Made by a program: the position numbers and the translations under genes. From assembly GCA_964478735.1 (NCBI GenBank), contig CAYZJB010000012.1, positions 1,269 through 65,268 on the forward strand: a stretch of DNA of 64,000 nucleotides, in the 5' to 3' direction. The notes beneath the pieces were generated by a model. The model was given only the letters and a program-made list of their open reading frames with translations. It made no database searches and was not told where the DNA came from. The stretch's first letter is position 1. Each line of letters begins with the position of its first letter. The DNA is from an uncultured Bacteroidota bacterium. GTDB taxonomy: Bacteria; CLD3; SB21. Shown here piece after piece: positions 10,188-20,179 of this stretch.

Positions 10188-10603
10188 TCACCACTCCGCC
10201 TTGGGCCGGCCTTTCCAGTACCAGGCGATGATGTCGGTCAGCGGGGGATCGCCGCCGATGTCGCGGAAACGCAGCGCGTTTTGAGCGCGATGGTAATGGC
10301 TGTGCATCGTCACCTGCGTGAGGGCTTCCGCGATGGTGATTTTGAGCGGAGGGTTTTTGAACCACGGGACCGTCACTTTGTACGAGAGCGTCGAATCGGT
10401 CGCGTTTTTCAAAAACACTTCGAGATTGGCGTGCTGTTCTTTCGCCCAGGATTTCAACCCCGCCGCGGTGCGGAAATCTTCCTGCTTTTTCCACGTGGGC
10501 GCTTTTTCGGAAACAACGCTACAAAAGGCATGTTGAACAAGGTGAATGTGGTGCAGGTGTTTCTGGATCGTCAGGTCGTTGAGCCCGCCGGGAAATTTTT
10601 CCA
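10188..10603 (-). pseudogene. Truncated duplicate of the 3' end of the DinB-family gene at 12398-12925. This is direct-repeat copy 1.
   Basis: Positions 10190-10603 match 12400-12813 with about two mismatches. An in-frame stop lies upstream of the duplicated part, so only the C-terminal 137 codons are present (...LEKFPGGLNDLTIQKHLHHIHLVQ...GRPKAEW). Confidence 0.7.
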
Positions 10604-10800
10604 GCAGCTCACGTGCGAGCAGAGATCAAGGTCATGAAAATCCGAATGACCTGATGGATGCGCTTAAGAATGGAAACTCAACAAGGCAGTCGCTTCGCGA
10701 TTAAGAAATTACAAACCTATATCGCTCCAACTATGATTATTTATTCATAATTGTCCAATTCAATCCCATAAAACATCCATAAAACATCCGTCCAAAAAAC

Positions 10801-10824
10801 CGTCCTGATACGTGTATCAGGACG
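10801..10824. promoter_or_regulatory. Perfect 11-bp inverted repeat CGTCCTGATAC-GT-GTATCAGGACG, about 55 bp upstream of the hydrolase start. It is a candidate operator.
   Basis: Seen directly. It sits in an AT-rich leader that also carries a tandem 11-mer repeat (CCATAAAACAT twice at about 10765-10790). Confidence 0.35.
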
Positions 10825-10878
10825 ACTTTCCCATTGGTTGGTTTATTTTTGGTAAACCAAGATTGGAAAGGAGTCCAT

Positions 10879-12042
10879 ATGATAAGAAACACTCTCTCAC
10901 GGATAGTTATTTTGGCCTGTGCCATTACCCTTGGTTGCGAAAACAGCCATCGCACGGAGAGTCGCGTCATCGCCGCAAAATTGGATGATCTGGCCGGTCA
11001 AATTCTGGCCGACTCGAGTATCCCAAGTGTGATTCTGAGGATTCACAGCCCAAAAACGGGTTTTACTTGGTCCCACGCACAAGGTCTCGCATACGGTAAA
11101 GTTCCAGCGCTGCCGGAGGATGCGTTTATGAGTGCAAGCATCGGCAAGATGATGACGGCCCTGCTTATTGTCAAACTGCAGGAGGCAGGACTCTTGGATG
11201 TGGACGATTCGTTGGGTATGTATCTTTCGAATGAAGTACTGTCGAATTTGCTTGTATACGAAGATCACGACTATAGTCGTCAGATTACAATCCGGCAACT
11301 GCTGACGCACACAAGCGGGCTCGACGATGTATTCGGCGGCGGAACGCCAGACGAAAATGGTCTTACGCCTCTTATGCAAGCGCTACTTGCAGAGCCGGAC
11401 CGCCAGTGGACTCCTCTGGATGTTATCCAGTTTTATAAGGACCATTTCCAGGCGCAAAGCGCACCGGGCGCACAGTTCCGTTACTCGGATACTGGGTATC
11501 AATTGCTCGGTTTGGTGGCGGAGAGCGCCAGTAATCAACCTTTTCACATGGCACTGTGGGAGCGCGTGCTCCAGCCGCTCGGCATGACGCATACGTATGT
11601 GATCGGCTATGATACTCCGCGCGGTTTGGTGGCTGGGCGACAACCGTCGACGGCGTACTTTGATGACATCGAACTCACGTTTCCCGCCGTGCGGTTTGAC
11701 TGGGCTGGCGGCGGTTTGTATACGACCACTCAAGATCTTGAAAATGCGCTCGACGCCATTCGACACGGAGCATTTTTGTCCGACTCGAGCCGTCAAGCCA
11801 TGCTGAATTGGGTCGATGACGGCGAAGGAGGGGGCTACGGTTTCGGTATCGCACGCTGGCGGTTCGGCGGGAGCCCGGATGCATATATGATAGGACACGG
11901 TGGCGCGACAAACGCATTTGTTTTTTATTCGGAGCGCCACGAAACCTATGTGATCGGCACCGTCAATCAAATCCGTCCCCACGAAATCGATATGGGAGTT
12001 GTCCTTTTGCGCATTCTGGAGATTCTTGAGGACGCGGAATGA
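10879..12042 (+). CDS. Beta-lactamase-related serine hydrolase (class C beta-lactamase / esterase superfamily). It may be secreted or a lipoprotein.
   Basis: An AAGGAG RBS lies 7 nt upstream of the ATG at 10879. The S-x-x-K nucleophile motif is SASIGK. The N-terminus is hydrophobic and ends near ...ACAITLGC. GC content looks lower than the flanking genes. Confidence 0.8.
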   Translation: MIRNTLSRIVILACAITLGCENSHRTESRVIAAKLDDLAGQILADSSIPSVILRIHSPKTGFTWSHAQGLAYGKVPALPEDAFMSASIGKMMTALLIVKLQEAGLLDVDDSLGMYLSNEVLSNLLVYEDHDYSRQITIRQLLTHTSGLDDVFGGGTPDENGLTPLMQALLAEPDRQWTPLDVIQFYKDHFQAQSAPGAQFRYSDTGYQLLGLVAESASNQPFHMALWERVLQPLGMTHTYVIGYDTPRGLVAGRQPSTAYFDDIELTFPAVRFDWAGGGLYTTTQDLENALDAIRHGAFLSDSSRQAMLNWVDDGEGGGYGFGIARWRFGGSPDAYMIGHGGATNAFVFYSERHETYVIGTVNQIRPHEIDMGVVLLRILEILEDAE

Positions 12043-12397
12043 GCCCAAAGGGGAAAACGCCTGAATTGAAATCGACGGATTTTTCTGATTCGACGCGTGC
12101 AGTGTATCTCCTGGCGGTATGGTAGTCGCTCTGGACACGATGCGCACGGGCCAGCGTGACGGATGCGATTTGGGAATCCACTACTCGGAATCGGAAGAGG
12201 TTGCGGGCGACCCATCGTTCGTTTACTCACGATCTCGATCAGAATAACATCGACATACTTGCGGCGACGAAAAAAAGCTCAAATGATAAGGCTCAGCCGG
12301 TCTTTCTTCCGGATTAGGTGGGTCAAGCTGCAATGGAGAGTTGATAAAGAGAGAGGCAGGTCACAACAGATGTTATCACGGTTTAGCGTGATGATAC

Positions 12398-12925
12398 CTA
12401 CCACTCCGCCTTGGGCCGGCCTTTCCAGTACCAGGCGATGATGTCGGTCAGCGGGGGATCGCCGCCGATGTCGCGGAAACGCAGCGCGTTTTGAGCGCGA
12501 TGGTAATGGCTGTGCATCGTCACCTGCGTGAGGGCTTCCGCGATGGTGATTTTGAGCGGAGGGTTTTTGAACCACGGGACCGTCACTTTGTACGAGAGCG
12601 TCGAATCGGTCGCGTTTTTCAAAAACACTTCGAGATTGGCGTGCTGTTCTTTCGCCCAGGATTTCAACCCCGCCGCGGTGCGGAAATCTTCCTGCTTTTT
12701 CCACGTGGGCGCTTTTTCGGAAACAACGCTACAAAAGGCATGTTGAACAAGGTGAATGTGGTGCAGGTGTTTCTGGATCGTCAGGTCGTTGAGTCCGCCG
12801 GGAAATTTCTCCAACGCTTTCCAGTGCTCGGCATCCGCCCACTCCATGTGACGGATCATGTCCCGCAGCCAGTGGCGAAGCGTGATGTGGATCAGTTCGC
12901 CTGTTTTGTCGACGGAGTCCGTCAT
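12398..12925 (-). CDS. DinB/YfiT-like (DinB_2) metal-binding four-helix-bundle protein.
   Basis: His-rich motifs HWLRDMIRHMEWADAEHW and TMHSHYHRAQ are present. The ATG at 12925 overlaps the TGA of the S46 peptidase gene (ATGA), which gives translational coupling. The ORF track lists a longer version running to 12985. Confidence 0.7.
   Translation of the reverse strand: MTDSVDKTGELIHITLRHWLRDMIRHMEWADAEHWKALEKFPGGLNDLTIQKHLHHIHLVQHAFCSVVSEKAPTWKKQEDFRTAAGLKSWAKEQHANLEVFLKNATDSTLSYKVTVPWFKNPPLKITIAEALTQVTMHSHYHRAQNALRFRDIGGDPPLTDIIAWYWKGRPKAEW
12400..12813. repeat. Direct-repeat copy 2 of 414 bp, lying inside the intact DinB-family gene. It pairs with 10190-10603.
   Basis: About 99.5% identity to copy 1. 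The intervening 1.8 kb carries the lower-GC hydrolase gene. Confidence 0.85.
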
Positions 12926-15033
12926 GCGGCGATTTTCATTTCTTTTATTAGATGATGCGCTCCACTGAAAAACTCCATCACCCACAGGATGTACCGAACG
13001 TCGACGCCGATCGAACGGCTGTACGCATCGCTCCAGGCGAAGTCGTTAACCGTGGCCTCGAAGGCACGATCGAAATTGAGTCCGACGAGCCGGCCGTACG
13101 CATCGATGACCGGACTGCCCGAATTGCCGCCCGTCGTATCCGAATCGTACAGCATGCCCACCGGTACGTCGTCGACGTTCTTGAGCCGATAGCGGCCGAA
13201 CGACTTGGACCGATAAAGCTCGATCATCTTTGACGGTGTGTCGAACGGCTTATCGCCCGTCTTGGCGATGAGACCCGACAACGTCGTCTGCGGCCGATAC
13301 ACGACCGCATCGGCGGGCGCATAGCCTCGCACTTTTCCGTAGGTGATTCGCATCGTAAAATTGGCGTCGGGTATGAAATCTTTTTTCAGAAATTGCTGGC
13401 GAACTTCCGCCAGCAGCGGATACAGCCGATTCAGTTCGGCATCCCATTGTTTTCGGTTGCCCTGAATCGATAAGCGCAGCGGTTGAAAAATCCGGACAAA
13501 TTTCATCATCGCGTCCTTGTCGGTCGCGATTTTATCCGGCTTCTGAAACGCGGTTCTTAAATAATTTTCGTCGCCCAGTTTTGAACTTTTATAAAGGCCG
13601 TCGACGAAGCGATCGAGCGATTTCGCATCGCCGGCGTCGAATAATCCGTCGACTTCTTTGATGCGCTGGTCCTCCGGCAGTGTCGACATGCGCAGCAGAA
13701 TTTCCCTGCACACGTCACGGTCCGCCGCAAGATTCGTTTTGTCTTCGATCGCCTGAATCCGTTTCATCACGGCCTCGATGACGCTGTCACGATCGGAGGC
13801 ATGGGATACGAGGGTAGCTCCGTCATACAGTTGCATTGCAATGCGAACGCGCCCGACCGATGAAAAAAGAAAATCCACGAGCGCGTCGCGTTCGACGCTC
13901 CGGGCCATGACGGTATAAATCGAATCCATCGTCGGAAGTACGTGGGCATATCGCGCCGTCCGGTTCGGATCCTTTGTGATAAATTCAGTCAGTTCTTTTT
14001 CCTGCGCACGTTTGCGATCGACGAACGATTCCGTCGTCAGCGTTTTGATCTGGCCCCTGTATTTTTTTTCGACGTTCGCCAGATACTCAATTCGTGCCGC
14101 GACCTGGATGGCAATCGCCCGATCGAGCGCGCCCGCGTCTTGAAGGCGCGCAATTTCCCACGCGTACAGACTGCCCACGGCGGCCATACGTTTCATTTCG
14201 AATTCGACGAACGACGCGCTGCGGTGGCGGAACGTCCTGCCGGGATACCCGAGGAGCATGACGAAGTCACCTTCATTCACGCCTTCGACGGCGAGCGGCA
14301 GGTGACGTTTGGGTTTATACGGGACGTTGTCCGGGGAATAATCGGCGGGAGAACCGTCCGGCGCCACGTACGCACGAAAAAATGCAAAGTCACCCGTATG
14401 CCGCGGCCACACCCAGTTGTCCACCTCGCCGCCGAATTGTCCAATCGCCTGCGGCGGTGCGTACACCAGCCGTACATCACGCAGCTGTGTGTAGACGAAC
14501 AAAAAATAGGATTGTCCGACCATCATTTCGGAGATTTCAATTTTCTGGCCGGGAAATTCCAATCTGGCTTTTTCCAATCGTGCGGCGCGGTTTTGCTCGA
14601 TCTTGCGCTGCCGTTCGAGCGAGGGCATATCGGTCGTGGTGCCATTGAGGATATCGGCGCTCACATCGACGACGTTTTCGAGGATCAACGCGTGGCCTTT
14701 TTTGACCGGAGATTCCGCTGAACGTGTTCCGGCAAGGAAACCGTTTTGAATGAAGTCGTTGTCGACCGTGGTGGCTTCCTGGATCGCGTCGAACGCACAG
14801 TGATAGTTGGTCAGGATCAGTCCTTCTTCGGAAACGAACGATCCCGTACAGCCGGGAATGCGGACGATCGCGTGCGCCAGGCTGACGCTGTCCGTACGGA
14901 AAATGTCGGCGGCATTCATCTTCAACCCTTTTTCTTCAAGCGCGATTTTTGCCGCCATCGTGATGGGAAACATGCCCTCGCCGGCGGTGAGCAAGGAGGA
15001 AAGGCACAAGAGAAGGGATAACAAACGTCGCAT
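12922..15033 (-). CDS. S46-family serine peptidase (dipeptidyl-peptidase 7/11-like), secreted.
   Basis: The signal peptide is MRRLLSLLLCLSSLLTA. The S46 catalytic-His motif is TNYHCAFD. The C-terminal GNSGSPV is the nucleophile region. The ORF track start at 15087 is an upstream TTG. Confidence 0.85.
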   Translation of the reverse strand: MRRLLSLLLCLSSLLTAGEGMFPITMAAKIALEEKGLKMNAADIFRTDSVSLAHAIVRIPGCTGSFVSEEGLILTNYHCAFDAIQEATTVDNDFIQNGFLAGTRSAESPVKKGHALILENVVDVSADILNGTTTDMPSLERQRKIEQNRAARLEKARLEFPGQKIEISEMMVGQSYFLFVYTQLRDVRLVYAPPQAIGQFGGEVDNWVWPRHTGDFAFFRAYVAPDGSPADYSPDNVPYKPKRHLPLAVEGVNEGDFVMLLGYPGRTFRHRSASFVEFEMKRMAAVGSLYAWEIARLQDAGALDRAIAIQVAARIEYLANVEKKYRGQIKTLTTESFVDRKRAQEKELTEFITKDPNRTARYAHVLPTMDSIYTVMARSVERDALVDFLFSSVGRVRIAMQLYDGATLVSHASDRDSVIEAVMKRIQAIEDKTNLAADRDVCREILLRMSTLPEDQRIKEVDGLFDAGDAKSLDRFVDGLYKSSKLGDENYLRTAFQKPDKIATDKDAMMKFVRIFQPLRLSIQGNRKQWDAELNRLYPLLAEVRQQFLKKDFIPDANFTMRITYGKVRGYAPADAVVYRPQTTLSGLIAKTGDKPFDTPSKMIELYRSKSFGRYRLKNVDDVPVGMLYDSDTTGGNSGSPVIDAYGRLVGLNFDRAFEATVNDFAWSDAYSRSIGVDVRYILWVMEFFSGAHHLIKEMKIAA

Positions 15034-15237
15034 GGAGCATCTCCGATTTGTGGGGGCGGGTTTACCGCAACCTGAATGGTCAGACAAATGTTCGTGCTTT
15101 CTTCAAGGAAATCAAGACGGAATCCGGGCAATAAGTTTGCCGTTGCACTCGCTGCTTTCGTGCCTTACCTTTGACCTATTAATCACGCGCTCCCTTCTTT
15201 TGCCTGACTCCCAGGCACGTGACAGTCGGACGGTCTC

Positions 15238-16525
15238 CATGGAACCTACTTTGCAAAGTCTCCAGGAGGAGAACCAACGCCTTCGCCGGGCCGTTGAGGA
15301 ATTGGCGATCCTGAACGAACTCGCCCGCGTGATCGGCGTTCAGACCAATTCCGAAGAAGTCATGCAAATCATCATCCGTCGCTCATTACGAGCCGTCAAA
15401 GGCGAACAAGGCGTCATTACCCTGATCGATCAGAACGAGCCGGGCACCATGAAGACGTTGGTTCGCACCACGGCGTCGTCATCCGACCACGCGCGGTTTC
15501 ACATTCACGAGAGCATGCTGGGGTGGATGCAACTGCACAAGAAGCCGCTGCTGCTTAACGATCCGGCCACCGACGACCGATTCCGTGGCGTGAACTGGGA
15601 CGGCGCCATCCGAAACGCACTGAGCGTTCCTCTTATGACGAAATCCGCGATGACCGGCATGTTGACGGTGTACAACAAAAGCGGCGGTGAAAAATTTGCC
15701 GACGACGATCAGCGGCTGCTGGCCATCATCGCGGCCCAGTCGGCACAGGTCATTGAAAATGCGCGGCTGTTTGAAAAGGAAAAGCAACTGCTCCAGATTC
15801 AGAGTGAGATGCGCCTGGCCGCGGAAATCCAGCTGGGTTTACTGCCCAAAACGGCGCCGGAAATTGCCGGCTATTCCATCGTCGGTACCAGCATTCCGGC
15901 ACAGTCCGTCGGCGGCGATTATTACGATTTTATCCGGATTGATGAACGCCGGCTCGCGTTGTGCCTCGGCGACGTCTCCGGTAAGGGCATGCCCGCGGCG
16001 TTGTTGATGGCCAATCTCCAGGCCACGTTGCGCGGTCAGACGATCGTGTCGGCTTCGGCGCGGGAATGTGTGTCTCGCGCCAATCGGCTCCTGGTCGAAA
16101 GCACGAGCAGCGACAAGTACGCGACCCTTTTTTATGGCATCCTCGATTTGTCGGAACATACCTTTCAATACACTAACGCCGCTCACAACCCGCCCGTGCA
16201 TTTACGGATCGACGGATCTTCGACCTTCCTGAAAAAAGGCGGGATCATGCTGGGCATGTTGACGGATATCGCATTCGAAACGGATACGGTGACGCTTGCG
16301 CCGGGTGACCTGCTGGTCATTTACTCCGACGGCATCACCGAGGCGTTCAATGCCGCGGACGAGGATTTTGGGGAAGAACGGTTGATGGAAATCCTGATCC
16401 GGCATCGGGAATCCCCGGTTGGCCGGCTGATGGAAGAGATTCTTTCCCAAGTTCGGGTTTTTATGGGCAACGCACCACAGTCAGACGACATGAGTCTGCT
16501 GATGGTCCGGCGGGACACGGTATAA
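15238..16525 (+). CDS. GAF-domain PP2C/SpoIIE-family protein phosphatase. It is the second paralog in the window.
   Basis: The ATG at about 15238 follows the in-frame junk in the track ORF. There is an N-terminal coiled coil (QSLQEENQRLRRAVEELAILNELA) and a GAF domain. PP2C motifs are GDYYDFIRI, LGDVSGKGMPAALLMA, NAAHNPP and YSDGITEAFN. Confidence 0.85.
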
Positions 16526-16564
16526 TCTGATGGCGGTTCCCGGAGTTCCACAAGGAGGTCCGCG

Positions 16565-17315
16565 ATGGTCATGAGTTTGGCCCAGGCTAAAATCACAGCG
16601 GATGTAATCCCGCGGATTAAGAGCGTGTACGCGGAGACTGTATTCCGCAGGCTCGAACGCGCGGACGGCTGTTTGTACGCGTGCCTGATTCGAAGCGTCA
16701 CGCACGAGGATCAATTCATGACCCTCAGCTTTTGGAAAACGCAGGACGACCTCAATGCCTTCACACAGTTCGGAATACGATGCCATGATGGACGAGTTGA
16801 ATGAAATTCTCGCCGAATCGACGGAATGGCAGATTCAGTTGACCGACGATTTGACGCTGCAGTATGCGCCCGTACCTGAAAAGCCGATGATCACGTCATA
16901 CAATGTGGCCACCGCCATGGACGGCGCCGTCGGATCGATCGTCGAACCCATGGTCGTCCGCGTCGTGTCGATGGAGATCGATCCCGGCCGAACGGAGGAA
17001 TTCAAACGTCTGTACCGGGAAAAAGTCATTGAGAAACTGAAAACCGTGAAAGGCTGTCTGGCCGCGTACCTCAGCGAAAATCATTTGATGCCCCATGCTT
17101 TCATTTCCGTGACGTTGTGGAACTGCCGGCAGGATGCGGATGCGTATGAACGTGGCGGAGTGTTTGCCGAACTCGTCGACGCCCTGAGGCCGACCTTTTC
17201 CGGACTGGCCAATCTGCAAATGCAAATGAACAAGTCCCGCAAAGCCGTGACGAGCGAAGACCTGCGCGTGGAGCGGTACGAGGTCGTATCCGGAAACAGC
17301 CTTTCCAAGTACTAA
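16565..17315 (+). CDS. Tandem ABM-domain (antibiotic-biosynthesis-monooxygenase-like) protein, apparently split by a +1 frameshift near 16775-16800.
   Basis: An AAGGAGG RBS lies before the ATG at 16565. The first ABM domain ends ...[13 protein letters not shown]. The second domain continues in the adjacent frame as [15 protein letters not shown]... The two track ORFs, 16565-16804 and 16755-17315, overlap by 50 nt. Confidence 0.55.
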
Positions 17316-17328
17316 CCGGGAATCCATA

Positions 17329-18435
17329 GTGAAAATTACACGAATTCGCGCCTATCGGGTGGAACTGCCGCTTCACGAAGGCAGCTATAAATGGTCGGGT
17401 GGAAAATCGGTTTCCGTTTTCGATTCCACGGTTGTCGAGATTACGACCGATGAAGGCATCACGGGATATGGCGAGGTATGCCCGTTGGGTCCGTTTTATC
17501 TGCCGTCGTACGCCGTCGGTGCGCGCGCGGGCATCGGGGAAATCGCGCCGCAGTTGCTCGGTGAGGATCCGACCCGGTTGACGCACATGAATCACCGCAT
17601 GGATGCGTTGCTCAAAGGACATCCATACGTAAAGTCGGCCATCGACATGGCGTGCTGGGATATTCTCGGCAAGGCGTCGGGCCGATCCGTCTGTACGCTG
17701 CTCGGAGGACGATGCGGAGACAAGGTCCAGTTGTATCGCGCGATCTCGCAGGAAACTCCGGATGCGATGGCGGCCAAAGTTGCCGGATATCGCAGGGAAG
17801 GGTATCGGAAATTTCAACTTAAAGTCGGCGGTGATCCAGATACGGACATCGAACGCATACGCGCGATTGCCGCGTTAATGGAAACGGGTGATGTGCTCAT
17901 CGCGGACGCCAATACGGGCTGGTTGATGCACCAGGCCGCACGCGTCGTTCGCGCCGTTGCGGACGTGGACGTCTATATCGAGCAGCCGTGTCTCTCGTAT
18001 GAGGAGTGCCTCACGATCCGGCGACGGACGAACCATCCGTTTATCCTTGACGAATGTTTGGACACCGTCCCGATGCTTTTGCGGGCACACGCCGATCACG
18101 CCATGGACGTGATCAATATCAAAATCAGCAAGTTCGGGGGATTGACCAAGGCGCGGGTCGTTCGCGATCTCTGCGTCGAGATGGGGATCGCCATGACGAT
18201 CGAAGACAGTTGGGGCGGCGATATCACCACGGCGGCCATCGCCCACCTCGCCCACAGCACGCCCGAGGCTTTTCGTTTCTCGGCCACCGATTTTAACAGT
18301 TACGTCACCGTGAAAATCGCCGACGGTGCGCCGAGCCGCGAACACGGCTGGATGAAGGCATCGGAGCATCCGGGACTAGGCATCCGGCCCATCGCCGCCG
18401 TGCTGGGCGATCCGGTGATCGACGTGGGCGTTTGA
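17329..18435 (+). CDS. Enolase-superfamily enzyme of the mandelate racemase / muconate lactonizing enzyme family.
   Basis: 368 aa. The N-terminal capping domain and C-terminal barrel carry the metal-ligand pattern ...IADAN..., ...EQP... and ...LDEC... The MR/MLE N-terminus reads [15 protein letters not shown]. Confidence 0.8.
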   Translation: MKITRIRAYRVELPLHEGSYKWSGGKSVSVFDSTVVEITTDEGITGYGEVCPLGPFYLPSYAVGARAGIGEIAPQLLGEDPTRLTHMNHRMDALLKGHPYVKSAIDMACWDILGKASGRSVCTLLGGRCGDKVQLYRAISQETPDAMAAKVAGYRREGYRKFQLKVGGDPDTDIERIRAIAALMETGDVLIADANTGWLMHQAARVVRAVADVDVYIEQPCLSYEECLTIRRRTNHPFILDECLDTVPMLLRAHADHAMDVINIKISKFGGLTKARVVRDLCVEMGIAMTIEDSWGGDITTAAIAHLAHSTPEAFRFSATDFNSYVTVKIADGAPSREHGWMKASEHPGLGIRPIAAVLGDPVIDVGV

Positions 18436-18496
18436 ATTACCGTTGCAAATCTCAAGAACGACAAAGGACCATTCAAAATTATTCAAGGAGAAGATC

Positions 18497-20140
18497 GTGA
18501 AAAGGGATCAAAGGGTTGATCGGGTCATGAAAACGCTGATGCTGACGGCGCTGTTGAGCGTTCCTTCCTCTGCGGGAATGCCGAATACAGGAGTGTATGA
18601 CGATCTGGTCACTCTTCTGCGCGAGGTGAGGCAGTTGGAACGCACGGAGACCCGCGATGGCGTTCCCGATTATACGGCGTCGACGATGTCCTCCGTTCAA
18701 CGAAAGCTGATGGCTTTGCGCGAGCGTCTGCATACGATCGACACGACCGGATGGACACTCGAACAAAAGATCGATCGTGAAATCGTCAGGGCGGAAATCA
18801 ACGGCTTCGATTTTTTTATTCGGATACTCAAGCCGTGGGAACGCGATCCCGCGTTTTATGTCCTGATTTTTGCGAACCAAAGCGACACGCCCGAACACGA
18901 GGGTCCCGTCAGCCACGCGATGATCGATTTGTGGAAGTATTCTTATCCATTGTCGAAAAGCGACGCGCAAAAGCTGACCGCACAGCTAAGAATCATTCCA
19001 CCGTTATTGGATCAGGCACGGCAAAACCTTACCGGCAATGCGAAGGACCTGTGGATGGGGGGAATTCAAAGCGCTCGTGAGCAGGTCCAGGATCTGGATG
19101 ATCTTATTAAAAGAATCGAAAAGCCGGACAAAAATCTGAAAGATGCGTTACAAAAAGCGAGGATCGCGACGATCATGTTCGCCGAGTGGCTTGAGCAGGT
19201 GGCCACACAAAAAAACGGTCCGTCGGGCATCGGCAAAGAAAATTATACCTGGTTTTTACGCAACGTCTTGCTGGTGCCGATGACGTGGGAAGAAGAGTTG
19301 ACGTTGCTGAGACGTGAACTCGACCGGGCGTATGCAATGCTTACGCTGGAACGACAGCATAACCGGAATCTACCTCCGCTGAATCCGGCATCCGAAACGG
19401 CGGAATTCGAAAGGCGGACAAACGCCGCGGTCAATAAAATGATGGCGTTTTTCACCGATCGCAAAGTCTATCCCGTTCGTCCCTATATGGAGCCGGAACT
19501 GCGCAAACATCTCGGACGGTTTCAGCTGGCAGACCAACGGAATTTTTTTTCGAACGTGCTCCATCACGAGCCGGCCGTGTTGTATTCGCATCTGATCCAC
19601 TGGTTTGAAATTGCCGCGCTCCGTGAAGAACCGCATTCGAGCCCGGTGCGCCGCGATCCGCTGCCGTTCAACATCTGGGTCAGCCGCTCGGAAGGGATGG
19701 CGACCGCCGTGGAGGAAATTTTCATGCACGCCGGATTGTACGACGACAACGCCCGCGCGCGGGAACTGGTCTGGATCATGCTGGCGCAGCGCTGTGCCCG
19801 CGGGATCGCCTCCCTGTATGCCCACGCCAACGAGATGTCGATGATCGAAGCTCAGGATTTTCAGATCGAGGGGACGCCGAAAGAATGGCGAGGCGTGCGG
19901 GGCCTGGTGATCGGTGAGCAACATTTGTATCTCCGTTTACCGGGCTACGGAACCAGTTACGTCACGGGAAAGTATCTGATCGACCGATTGATCAAAGATC
20001 GCAGCCGGCAGTTGGGTGATTCTTTTATCCTGTCCGATTTTTTTAACGAGGTCAACATGGCCGGTATGATCCCCGTTACGTTGATCCGGTGGCAATTGAC
20101 GGGTCGGGACGATGAGATGAAGAGTATTGTCAAACCGTAG
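18497..20140 (+). CDS. DUF885-family protein, secreted or a lipoprotein, of unknown function and possibly peptidase-like.
   Basis: An AAGGAG RBS lies 6 nt before the GTG at about 18497. The signal peptide is ...MKTLMLTALLSVPSSAG. Length and sequence character are typical of DUF885. The track start at 18443 is an upstream TTG. Confidence 0.6.
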   Translation: MKRDQRVDRVMKTLMLTALLSVPSSAGMPNTGVYDDLVTLLREVRQLERTETRDGVPDYTASTMSSVQRKLMALRERLHTIDTTGWTLEQKIDREIVRAEINGFDFFIRILKPWERDPAFYVLIFANQSDTPEHEGPVSHAMIDLWKYSYPLSKSDAQKLTAQLRIIPPLLDQARQNLTGNAKDLWMGGIQSAREQVQDLDDLIKRIEKPDKNLKDALQKARIATIMFAEWLEQVATQKNGPSGIGKENYTWFLRNVLLVPMTWEEELTLLRRELDRAYAMLTLERQHNRNLPPLNPASETAEFERRTNAAVNKMMAFFTDRKVYPVRPYMEPELRKHLGRFQLADQRNFFSNVLHHEPAVLYSHLIHWFEIAALREEPHSSPVRRDPLPFNIWVSRSEGMATAVEEIFMHAGLYDDNARARELVWIMLAQRCARGIASLYAHANEMSMIEAQDFQIEGTPKEWRGVRGLVIGEQHLYLRLPGYGTSYVTGKYLIDRLIKDRSRQLGDSFILSDFFNEVNMAGMIPVTLIRWQLTGRDDEMKSIVKP

Positions 20141-20179
20141 CCGCAAGCTTCAGCTTGCGAATGAAGAGGCCAATCGGAC

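Noticed and set aside
10165-10494. ORF MEKAGRFPHRGG..., present in two identical copies (second copy at 12279-12704)
   Set aside because: Both copies are an alternative frame inside the duplicated DinB-family DNA. The duplication explains the identity, and there is no independent coding evidence.
14807-15237. N-terminal 143-aa extension of the second PP2C phosphatase ORF
   Set aside because: It overlaps the S46 peptidase gene on the opposite strand and is low-complexity. The real start is the ATG at about 15238 (MEPTLQSLQEEN...).
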